A DNA stretch of 64,000 bases from Acidimicrobiia bacterium (GTDB lineage Bacteria; Actinomycetota; Acidimicrobiia; Acidimicrobiales; JANYDT01): NCBI GenBank assembly GCA_043720395.1, contig JAYSSR010000038.1:5689-69688 (forward strand), read 5' to 3'. Positions 29,416 through 37,686 of the stretch are shown in pieces. The notes under the pieces are model-generated. The model was not told where the DNA came from. It worked only from the letters and a program-made list of their open reading frames with translations, and searched no databases. Within the stretch, counting starts at the first letter, position 1, and the number at the start of each line of letters is the position of its first letter. Both the position numbers and the translations under genes were made by a program.

Positions 29416-30968
29416 AACGGCACGTTCCCGTGCTTGCGCTTCGGAAGCTCTTCCTTCTTCGTACGCAGAATCGAGAGTCCCCGCGACAGCATCTTGCGAG
29501 TGTCGGCCGGATCGATCACGTCGTCTACGTAGCCGCGCTCGGCCGCAATATAGGGGTTCGCGTAGCGCTCCGTGTACTCCTCCACGAGTTCCGCGCGCCG
29601 CGCGACGGGGTCCGTTGCAGCGTCGAGTTCACGCTTGTAGACGATCCCGACGGCACCCTGTGGGCCCATGACGGCAAGCTCTGCGGTGGGCCATGCGAAA
29701 CACAGATCGGACCCGATCGACTTCGAGTCCATAACGACATATGCGCCGCCGTAGGCCTTGCGCGTAATGATGCTGATGCGAGGCACGGTTGCCTCGCAAT
29801 AGGCGTACAATAGCTTCGCTCCATGGCGAATAATGCCGCCGTACTCTTGGTCGGTTCCCGGCATGAACCCCGGCACGTCGACGAACGTGACCAGCGGAAT
29901 ATTGAAGGCATCACACGTCCGGACGAATCGCGCTGCTTTCTCCGACGAGTCGATATCGAGTACACCGGCCATTACCATTGGCTGATTGCCGACAATGCCG
30001 ATCGTGTACCCGTCGATCCGCGCGAATCCGCACGTGATGTTTCCGGCCCACTTCGGGAAATACTCGAAGTAGTCACCATCGTCAACCACTTCGCGGACGA
30101 CCTTCTTCATGTCATACGGCTGGTTCGGCGACGCGGGCATGAGACCTGCAAGCGCCTCGCATCGACGTTCGGGATCGTCGGCGGTCTCAACGCGGGGAGC
30201 GTCTTCGAGGTTGTTGGAGGGCAGGAATGACAGGAGGTACCGGACGTCTTCGAGGCACGTTGCCTCGTTCGGCGACACGTACGTTGCGACCCCCGACTTC
30301 GAGGCGTGTGTGGATGCGCCACCGAGTTCTTCGAGGGTGACGTCCTCACCGGTCACGGTCTTCACAACGTCGGGCCCCGTGATGAACATGTGGCTCGTCT
30401 GGTCGACCATGAAGATGAAGTCGGTCATGGCCGGCGAGTACACCGCGCCGCCCGCGCACGGGCCCATGATGACGCTGATCTGCGGGACGACGCCTGAGTT
30501 CTTGACGTTGCGGTAGAAAATCGTGCCGTAGCTGGCGAGCGAGACGACACCCTCCTGGATGCGAGCACCACCTGAATCGTTGATCCCGACTACGGGGACG
30601 CCGACCGAGGCCGCTAGGTCCATCACCTTGGTGATCTTCTCCGCAAAGACCTCGCCGAGCGCACCGCCAAACACCGTGAAGTCCTGCGAGAACACGACGA
30701 TCTTGCGGCCGTCAACGGTCGCCCAGCCGGTTACCACGCCGTCGGTATACGGCCGATCATTTTCGAGTCCCATGCCCTGCGCGCGGTGACGGGCGAGAAG
30801 ATCGAGCTCCACGAAGCTGCCCGGGTCGACGAGGAGATCGATCCGCTCGCGTGCGGTCATCTTTCCTTTTGCGTGCTGCCGCTCGACCGAACGATCGCTG
30901 CCGGCGTGGTACGCCTGCTGCTTACGCTCTTCGAGTTGGGCGAGCCGTTCCTTCAGGGGGTGGTCCAT
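29412..30968 (-). CDS. pccB: Propionyl-/acyl-CoA carboxylase carboxyltransferase (beta) subunit
   Basis: Two crotonase-like CT halves with DSGGARIQEGV, MGPCAGGAVYSPA and VVMDSK. ~518 aa, typical of PccB/AccD5. Confidence 0.9.
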   Translation of the reverse strand: MDHPLKERLAQLEERKQQAYHAGSDRSVERQHAKGKMTARERIDLLVDPGSFVELDLLARHRAQGMGLENDRPYTDGVVTGWATVDGRKIVVFSQDFTVFGGALGEVFAEKITKVMDLAASVGVPVVGINDSGGARIQEGVVSLASYGTIFYRNVKNSGVVPQISVIMGPCAGGAVYSPAMTDFIFMVDQTSHMFITGPDVVKTVTGEDVTLEELGGASTHASKSGVATYVSPNEATCLEDVRYLLSFLPSNNLEDAPRVETADDPERRCEALAGLMPASPNQPYDMKKVVREVVDDGDYFEYFPKWAGNITCGFARIDGYTIGIVGNQPMVMAGVLDIDSSEKAARFVRTCDAFNIPLVTFVDVPGFMPGTDQEYGGIIRHGAKLLYAYCEATVPRISIITRKAYGGAYVVMDSKSIGSDLCFAWPTAELAVMGPQGAVGIVYKRELDAATDPVARRAELVEEYTERYANPYIAAERGYVDDVIDPADTRKMLSRGLSILRTKKEELPKRKHGNVPL

Positions 30969-31055
30969 ACGAAGGAGAGAGGCTACCGGCCGTGGTCACC
31001 CACGGGCCAAGCCCGAGGGGCATCAACTCGAAATTTCGTTGTCGGGTGCCCGGAA

Positions 31056-31964
31056 TCACGCCGAAAACCCTGAAAACCCGAATTTGCGTGTCGCCAACGC
31101 TTGCACACGGGCGGCAAGGCTCGATGACTCCAGCGACGCCGCAACCGCGGCGAACCGGTCCGTCGGGCCGCGCCAACGCAGCGACTCGACACCGCCCGGC
31201 AGCTCAATTGCGTCGCGCTGCACCGTCGCGATCGTCCGAAAGAGCACGGCGTCGGCCCGGTTCGCGAGCAGCGTCGCCGCAAGCTTCGCGGCCCCGCGGA
31301 GACCCGGCACATCCCATTGTCCGGCATGGTCGGGTATGTGTTCGAGGTGTTCGTAGCGTGCGATCACTGCCGAGGCCGATTTGGCGCCCCAGCCCGGGAG
31401 GCCGGGGTACCCATCGGCAGAATCACCGACCAGTGCGAGGTAATCGGGGATCGACGGTGGTCGCACACCGAACTTCTCGAACACACCATCGGCGTCGGTG
31501 AAGGTCCGCTTTCGACGATCGAATTGCACGACACGTCCGCCGTCGACGCACTGGCCCAGATCCTTGTCGGGCGTGAGGATCACCACCTGCTCGACGCTCG
31601 CGTCCGCCGCCGCTATGTGGGCTGCGGCAGCCATGGCGTCATCGGCCTCATAGGTGACCATCGGCCAGACCACGACGCCCATCGCCACGAGAGCGTCCTC
31701 CAAGGGATGGGCCTGCGACCAGAGCACCGGGTCCACGCCTTCGCCTGACTTGTAGCCCGCGTACATCTCGTTGCGGTACGACTCGATCACGTGGTCCGTG
31801 GCCACACCGAGGTGGGACACGTCGCGCTCGGAAAGTAAGCTCAGCACCGATTCGAGGACGCCACGGATGGCACCGACCTCGCGACCGTCGGCCGTTTCGT
31901 GCGGCGGGGCACCGAAGAAGTGACGGAACAGCTCGTAGGTACCGTCGAGGAGGTGCACCTTCAT
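31056..31964 (-). CDS. 5'-3' exonuclease (FEN/Pol I N-terminal domain homologue)
   Basis: MKVHLLDGTYELFR, VATDH, TYEADD, and the H3TH region LVGDSADGYPGLPGWGAKSA. Confidence 0.85.
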   Translation of the reverse strand: MKVHLLDGTYELFRHFFGAPPHETADGREVGAIRGVLESVLSLLSERDVSHLGVATDHVIESYRNEMYAGYKSGEGVDPVLWSQAHPLEDALVAMGVVVWPMVTYEADDAMAAAAHIAAADASVEQVVILTPDKDLGQCVDGGRVVQFDRRKRTFTDADGVFEKFGVRPPSIPDYLALVGDSADGYPGLPGWGAKSASAVIARYEHLEHIPDHAGQWDVPGLRGAAKLAATLLANRADAVLFRTIATVQRDAIELPGGVESLRWRGPTDRFAAVAASLESSSLAARVQALATRKFGFSGFSA

Positions 31965-32006
31965 GCGCCGAGAGCGTACGAGACGCTGCCTACCATCGGC
32001 GTCGTC

Positions 32007-32687
32007 ATGTCACGCCCGCCCGCTTCTGCCCCGTTCTCGATGTCGGGTCCACCCGCGTCGGGCCGATCGGCACGCACCTTCAAACCACGCCGTGGCCGAT
32101 TGTCCGGTGCCGAAACCGATGCGGTGGCAACCCTGCTGCCCGCCTACCTCATGGCACCATCCATCGAGCTGCCGCCGGGTGCCGACCTCGTGTTCGACGT
32201 TGGCTTCGGAAATGGCGAGACCACCATTGCGCTCGCCGAACGATTCCCAGATCGGCTTGTTCTCGCTGTCGACGTGCATACGCCCGGACTCGGTGTGCTG
32301 GCCAGAGCCCTGGCGAAACGCAACGTCGGCAATGTCCGGATCGTCGACGCGGACGCACTCGACGTTCTCACCTGGATGTGTGGTCCCGGACAAGCGTCGA
32401 TCGTGAACGTCTCGTTTCCGGACCCCTGGCCGAAGGCCGGGCAACAACACCGACGGCTAGTCGACGCGTCATTCGCCGATCTTCTCGCAACACGGCTGCG
32501 GTCCGGTGGCGTGTTCAGTTTCGCGAGTGACTGGCAGCCCTACGCCGACCTCGTCGACGATATACTACGCGCGCATAAGAACTTCGTCCCGACCGAGGCG
32601 TGGACCGACCGACCCGAAACGAAGTACGAGCGACGGGGCAGGGCGGCTGGCCGAGCAATCACCGACCTGTCCTACCAGCGTCGGTAA
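32007..32687 (+). CDS. trmB: tRNA (guanine-N7)-methyltransferase
   Basis: SAM motif FDVGFGNGE and the TrmB motif VSFPDPWPK...HRRLV. I chose the ATG at 32007. Confidence 0.8.
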   Translation: MSRPPASAPFSMSGPPASGRSARTFKPRRGRLSGAETDAVATLLPAYLMAPSIELPPGADLVFDVGFGNGETTIALAERFPDRLVLAVDVHTPGLGVLARALAKRNVGNVRIVDADALDVLTWMCGPGQASIVNVSFPDPWPKAGQQHRRLVDASFADLLATRLRSGGVFSFASDWQPYADLVDDILRAHKNFVPTEAWTDRPETKYERRGRAAGRAITDLSYQRR

Positions 32688-32691
32688 CGCG

Positions 32692-33129
32692 TTACTCCTG
32701 GACGAGCTCGACGAGCGTCCCGAAGGTGGTCTTCGGGTGGATGAACGCGACCGTCGTGCCCCGCGAGCCGGGCCGGGGAGCGTCATCAATGACCTTGCCA
32801 CCCGCCGCCTTCACGGCCGCCAGCGCGACCGCACAGTCGCTCACCCGGTAGCCGATGTGGTGCAGTCCCTCGCCCCGTTTCTCCAGGTATTTGGCGACGG
32901 GAGAGTCGGGACGGGTCGGGGTGAGGAGCTGCACGTAGCTCTCCGCGACCTTGAGCAATGCCTCCTCGACGCCATCGCGCTCAACCAGCTCGCGGTGGTC
33001 AACGGTTGCTCCGTAGACGTCGGCGTAGTACTTGATCGCGGCTTCCAGGTCGTGAACGGCGATCGCGACGTGGTCGATCTCGGTCAGAAGTCCGAGACCC
33101 GAGGGTGCAGAGGCGTAGGGGATACTCAT
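32692..33129 (-). CDS. Methylmalonyl-/ethylmalonyl-CoA epimerase (VOC superfamily)
   Basis: IDHVAIAVHDLEAAIKYY, GLHHIGYRV and FIHPK...GTLVELVQ. Overlaps the ccr stop by 4 nt. Confidence 0.8.
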   Translation of the reverse strand: MSIPYASAPSGLGLLTEIDHVAIAVHDLEAAIKYYADVYGATVDHRELVERDGVEEALLKVAESYVQLLTPTRPDSPVAKYLEKRGEGLHHIGYRVSDCAVALAAVKAAGGKVIDDAPRPGSRGTTVAFIHPKTTFGTLVELVQE

Positions 33130-34502
33130 GGCCTCAGTCTCGCGTCGAAACGTTCGCGCGCCGCATCGGCGTGCCGTCGGAACAGCGTGATTCGGTCCTC
33201 GCCAACCTTCGCACGAAACTCCGGATCGTCGATTCCCAGCCCTTCGATCGGGGCGAGGCAGAGCACCCCGATCTTGCCTTCATGCAGGTTGCGATGGACT
33301 TGGAGTGCTGCCTCGCCTGATTCGGCCAACGGGTAGACCGCCGAAAGCATCGGCTGAATCCGTCCCTGCGAGACCAGCTTGTTTGCGGCGTACGACTCCG
33401 CATAGTTCGCAAAGTGCGACGACACGATCCGCTTGAGCTTCATCCACAGGTGACGGTTGTCATACTCGATCATGTAGCCACTCGTCGCAGCGCACGTCAC
33501 GATCGTTCCGCCCCGTTTGGTCGCGAACACGCTGGCACCAAACGTGGAACGGCCGGGGTGCTCGAACACGATGTCGGGATCCTCGCCTGCGAGGGCACGG
33601 ATGTCGGCACCGAGACGCCGCCATTCCGTCTCGTCCTGTGTGGTCTCGTCCTTCCAGAAGCGGTAGCCCGCCGCCTTGCGGTCGATGACGCGCTCACAGC
33701 CCATCTCGTGGAGCAGGTCAACTTTGTCCGCGCTCGACACCACGCCCACGGGCGTCCCGCCGCCATTGAGGACGTACTGCACCGCATACCCCCCAATGCC
33801 ACCGGTCGCGCCCCAGATGAACACGGTGTCGCCCTGCTTCATCCGCGCACCGTTGCCGCCGACGAGCATCCGGTAGCTCGTGGAGTTGCAGAGCGCATTG
33901 CTCGCTGCTTCCTCCCAGGACAGGTGCGCTGGCTTCGGCATGAGTTGGTTCGCCTTCACCACGGCAATGTCGGCGAGACCGCCGAAGTTCGTCTCGAAGC
34001 CCCAAATGCGCTGATTGTTCGCCATCATCGAGTCGTCGTGCGCGCTCGGGTCCTGGTCGTCCACGTGGTTGCAGTGGATCGTGACCCTGTCGCCGGGCTT
34101 CCAGTTCCGGACTGCGCTTCCGACCCGGAGCACGACGCCCGAACCATCGGAACCAATCACGTGGTAGGGCAGGACATGGCGCTTGCCCCAATAGCCCTCC
34201 CGGCCGAGACGGTCGAGGAAGCCGAAGGTGGGCAACGGCTCGAAGATCGACGTCCAGACGGTGTTGAAGTTGATCGAACTCGCCATGATGGCGACGAACG
34301 CCTCATCGGGTGCCAACTCCGGCAATGGCACGTCTTGTACGTGCAGGCTCTGTCGCGGGTCCTTGTCCGCGGAGGCCATTCCCTCGAACATGGCCTGGTC
34401 TTCGCGTCTGACGACGACCGCACGGTACGACTGCGGCAACGGGAGATTCGCGAGGTCGGGACCGGTAGCGCCCCCAAGAACTGCATCGACAAGTGGCTGC
34501 AT
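33126..34502 (-). CDS. ccr: Crotonyl-CoA carboxylase/reductase
   Basis: LPQSYRAVVV...VAIMASSINFNTVWTSIFEP...IGSDGSGVV...WGFETNFGGLADIAVVKANQLMPKP is characteristic of the Ccr clade of MDR enzymes. ~458 aa. Confidence 0.85.
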   Translation of the reverse strand: MQPLVDAVLGGATGPDLANLPLPQSYRAVVVRREDQAMFEGMASADKDPRQSLHVQDVPLPELAPDEAFVAIMASSINFNTVWTSIFEPLPTFGFLDRLGREGYWGKRHVLPYHVIGSDGSGVVLRVGSAVRNWKPGDRVTIHCNHVDDQDPSAHDDSMMANNQRIWGFETNFGGLADIAVVKANQLMPKPAHLSWEEAASNALCNSTSYRMLVGGNGARMKQGDTVFIWGATGGIGGYAVQYVLNGGGTPVGVVSSADKVDLLHEMGCERVIDRKAAGYRFWKDETTQDETEWRRLGADIRALAGEDPDIVFEHPGRSTFGASVFATKRGGTIVTCAATSGYMIEYDNRHLWMKLKRIVSSHFANYAESYAANKLVSQGRIQPMLSAVYPLAESGEAALQVHRNLHEGKIGVLCLAPIEGLGIDDPEFRAKVGEDRITLFRRHADAARERFDARLRP

Positions 34503-34559
34503 AGATGCAGGGTACTCAGTGAATATTCAGCGCTTCTATTCAGCCGCTCAGCGGATAGG

Positions 34560-34760
34560 TCACGGCTGCGGCGCGACAATGGCCGGCGGCCGGCTTCGCC
34601 GGTCGTGAGGTTCTTCGTGGCGTAGAAGGAGAAGGCGACCGCGGCGCTCAACACTCGTGAGCCACGTCGCGGATCGGTCGCCCCTTGTAGGCGGCGGGCA
34701 GCGAGTGAGCGGCATCTTCGAGGACTTTGAGCCCGCGCGCCGGCACCCGATATCACGGGT
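34560..34760 (-). pseudogene. Relic of a DegT/DnrJ/EryC1/StrS-type sugar aminotransferase (frameshifted, stop-containing fragment)
   Basis: Hand translation of the minus strand gives GLKVLEDAAHSLPAAYKGRPIRDVAHEC-stop in one frame (about 34648-34752) and AAVAFSFYATKNLTTGEAG in another (about 34588-34645). Both match the family motifs EDAAH...G..Y.G and FSF...TKN.T.GEGG. No intact ORF exists. Confidence 0.45.
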
Positions 34761-34935
34761 TGTGGCGACTCACACCACTCTCCGTGAGAGATGGGTGATT
34801 CAACGTGCGATACTGACGGTTCACACAGTGAGCGCACGAACCGCAGCCTCAGACCCCGCCTATCGCTGTGCACCGCCTTCGCCGTGCACTGCCACCGTGG
34901 TCTAGAACTGCGCTACACACGAGGGAGACACACAC

Positions 34936-36117
34936 ATGTCTGGATCGGTCATCGTCGCAGGAGCCCGCACGCCCATCGGGAAGATGCAGGGCGGGCTCTC
35001 GTCGTTCAGCGCGCCGCAGCTCGGCGGCCTCGCCATCGCGGCAGCTCTTGAGCGCGCCGGGGTCTCCCCCGAAGCCGTCGACTACGTGATCATGGGCCAG
35101 GTCTTGCTGGCAGGAGCCGGGCAGCTTCCGGCCCGACAGGCGGCGGTCGCCGCGGGGATTCCACTGCACGTGCCTTCAACCATCGTGAACAAGGTCTGCC
35201 TAAGCGGCCTCAATTCGATCATGCAGGCCGACCAGTTGATCCGGCTCGGGGAAGCCGAGATCGTGGTCGCAGGCGGGATGGAGTCGATGACGAACGCGCC
35301 CTACCTGCTGCCCGACGCCCGAGGCGGCATGCGGCTCGGCGATCGCTCCGTGATCGACTCGATGATGTACGACGGACTGACCTGCGCCCTGGACCACATC
35401 TCCATGGGTCTCTCGACCGATCGTTATGGCGTGAGCGCAGGAGTCGATCGCGGCGCTCAGGACGAATTCAGTGCCCAATCGCACGAACGAGCAGCGACGG
35501 CCATCAAAGACGGTCGCTTCGCCGAGGAGATCGTCTCGGTCGCTGTGCCGCAGCGCAAGGGTGATCCCCTGCACTTCGACACCGACGAGGGCGTCCGGCC
35601 CGGTACGACCGCTGAATCGCTTGGCGCGTTGCGGCCGAGCTTCGACAAGAACGGCGCGGTTACGGCCGGGAATGCGTCGCAGATCTCCGATGGTGCGTCC
35701 GCAGTGATCGTGATGTCCAAGGCCCGGGCCGAGCAACTCGGCGTCCAGCCCTTGGGGGAGGTGGTGTCGTACGGCATGGTTGCCGGACCCGACACGTCCC
35801 TGCTGCAGCAGCCTTCCCGCGCCATCAGGCGAGCCCTCGAAAAGGCCGGGCTTTCGGTAGCGCAACTCGACCTGCTCGAAATGAACGAAGCATTTGCGTC
35901 CGTTGCACTGGCGTCCATGGCGGACCTCGGTGTCACCGACGAGATTGTGAACGTCAACGGCGGAGCGATCGCCCTCGGGCACCCGATCGGGGCATCCGGC
36001 AATCGCCTTGCCCTGACGCTGCTGCACGAGCTGCGGAGGCGGGGCGGCGGGCTCGGAGCTGCGGCGCTCTGTGGCGGCGGCGGCCAGGGCGACGCAATCG
36101 TTTTGCGGGCGTACTGA
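34936..36117 (+). CDS. Acetyl-CoA C-acetyltransferase (thiolase II)
   Basis: NKVCLSGLNSI (nucleophile Cys), NVNGGAIALGHPIGASG and ALCGGGGQG. Confidence 0.9.
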   Translation: MSGSVIVAGARTPIGKMQGGLSSFSAPQLGGLAIAAALERAGVSPEAVDYVIMGQVLLAGAGQLPARQAAVAAGIPLHVPSTIVNKVCLSGLNSIMQADQLIRLGEAEIVVAGGMESMTNAPYLLPDARGGMRLGDRSVIDSMMYDGLTCALDHISMGLSTDRYGVSAGVDRGAQDEFSAQSHERAATAIKDGRFAEEIVSVAVPQRKGDPLHFDTDEGVRPGTTAESLGALRPSFDKNGAVTAGNASQISDGASAVIVMSKARAEQLGVQPLGEVVSYGMVAGPDTSLLQQPSRAIRRALEKAGLSVAQLDLLEMNEAFASVALASMADLGVTDEIVNVNGGAIALGHPIGASGNRLALTLLHELRRRGGGLGAAALCGGGGQGDAIVLRAY

Positions 36118-36262
36118 TCGATTCACCTGCTGTGGGTTTTCGTCGACGCTGCCTGAGGCGCGACTCCTCGGCTCGCGACTCTTCACCCTCTGGCGGCCAA
36201 TATTGGTCAGGTCCGAGCAACCTCGTAGCGTCCCCGAAACCAATGGAACCTTCCCTCAGCAC

Positions 36263-37660
36263 ATGAAGCGCCGTACCTTTACGCTCGGCGGATTGGCGAT
36301 AGCTCTGCTCGGCACGTCGCTCGCCGTTTCAACGGCGCGGACCGGCGTTGTTGGCGAGCGGCCCCCGACCACGACTCGGAGCGAAACTTCGACGACGCCG
36401 CCACCTCTCGTCGTTTCGGACGGACCGGTCGTCGCAACCGCAACCTTTGACACAGGCATCGAAGGGTGGGCCGAGTGGTGGAACGCCGCGACACTCACGG
36501 TCGCGTCAACACCGCGGACCGGCGCGGGCGCGCTCTCGGTTCGTGCGGGAAGCGGTCAGGCGACGGCGGTCCGTCAAACCGATGCGCTCGTGCCGGGCCA
36601 CCGCCATCGACTCTCGGTCTTCGCAAGGGGGACGGGCGGCATGTCCACTCAGATTTTGCAGTTCGACAAGAACTGGGCGAGCACCGACACCATCACGCTC
36701 CCGGTCGTCGTGCTCAACGAAACGGACTGGCACCCCTACGAGGTGGAGTTCTCAGTCGCCCCAACGACCGTCCACGCCAACGTCGCGTTCGCGGCCGACG
36801 GACCCTCGATGTTGCTCGACGATTTCGTTGTCAAGGACCTCGGAGCGACGCCGCGCCCGGCGTACGGCGTTCCGGTCCCGCGAGAAATGTCGCCTTGGCA
36901 GCTTTCCTGGTCGGACGAATTCTCCGGAACCGCGCTCGACCGCACGTTGTGGACTCCCGACGACGCACCGACGGACTTCAACGGCGAACTGCACTGCTAT
37001 ACGTCGCGCCCCGAAAACCTCTCGCTCGCCGATGGCAACCTTGTCCTGACCGCTCGCCGCGAGGCCGCGCTTCCCTGCCCAGGCGAAACCAGATTTCCGA
37101 ATGGTCGAACCTTCAGCTCGGCACTGGTCCGGTCCTCCGCCGTTCTTCGGGAAGGCCGGATCGAGATACGAGCGCGCCTCCCAAGCGGCAAAGGCATTTG
37201 GCCCGCCCTCTGGCTTTTGCCGAAGGACGCCGCCCGGTACAAAGACGGTCGAAACGGCGAGATCGATGTCGCCGAGGTCATCGGCAGTAGCCCGGACGTT
37301 GTCCACGCCTCGGTGCACTACGACTACACACGTCGAGTCGATGGCATTGGCCGCCAGACCGGGTCGCTCAGCCTCCCGGCCCCGGCCGATCGTGACTTTC
37401 ACGTGTATGCCCTCGAATGGGAACACGACCGGATGAGGTGGTTTCTCGATGATCGACTGTTTTTCGAAAGCGGTGCCGGTACGCGACCGTGGTATCCCCC
37501 ACCGGGTGCGGCCTGGCCAGCGCCGTTCGACCAAGACTTCTACGTGATTTTGAACTTGGCCGTAGGCGGCGGATGGCCGGGCGATCCCGATGCGAGCACG
37601 AGTTTTCCGGTCTCGATGGCGGTCGACTACGTGCGTGTGTTTCAGCGGGGGGCGTCGTGA
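36263..37660 (+). CDS. Secreted GH16 glycoside hydrolase (beta-glucanase-like) with N-terminal CBM4/9-like module
   Basis: Signal peptide MKRRTFTLGGLAIALLGTSLAVSTA, a CBM-like beta-sandwich region, then LSWSDEFSG..., the catalytic NGEIDVAEV (ExDxxE) and ILNLAVGGGWPG. I chose the ATG at 36263. Confidence 0.8.
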   Translation: MKRRTFTLGGLAIALLGTSLAVSTARTGVVGERPPTTTRSETSTTPPPLVVSDGPVVATATFDTGIEGWAEWWNAATLTVASTPRTGAGALSVRAGSGQATAVRQTDALVPGHRHRLSVFARGTGGMSTQILQFDKNWASTDTITLPVVVLNETDWHPYEVEFSVAPTTVHANVAFAADGPSMLLDDFVVKDLGATPRPAYGVPVPREMSPWQLSWSDEFSGTALDRTLWTPDDAPTDFNGELHCYTSRPENLSLADGNLVLTARREAALPCPGETRFPNGRTFSSALVRSSAVLREGRIEIRARLPSGKGIWPALWLLPKDAARYKDGRNGEIDVAEVIGSSPDVVHASVHYDYTRRVDGIGRQTGSLSLPAPADRDFHVYALEWEHDRMRWFLDDRLFFESGAGTRPWYPPPGAAWPAPFDQDFYVILNLAVGGGWPGDPDASTSFPVSMAVDYVRVFQRGAS

Positions 37661-37686
37661 GGTCAACCAACGCATCCAGCAGGTCG

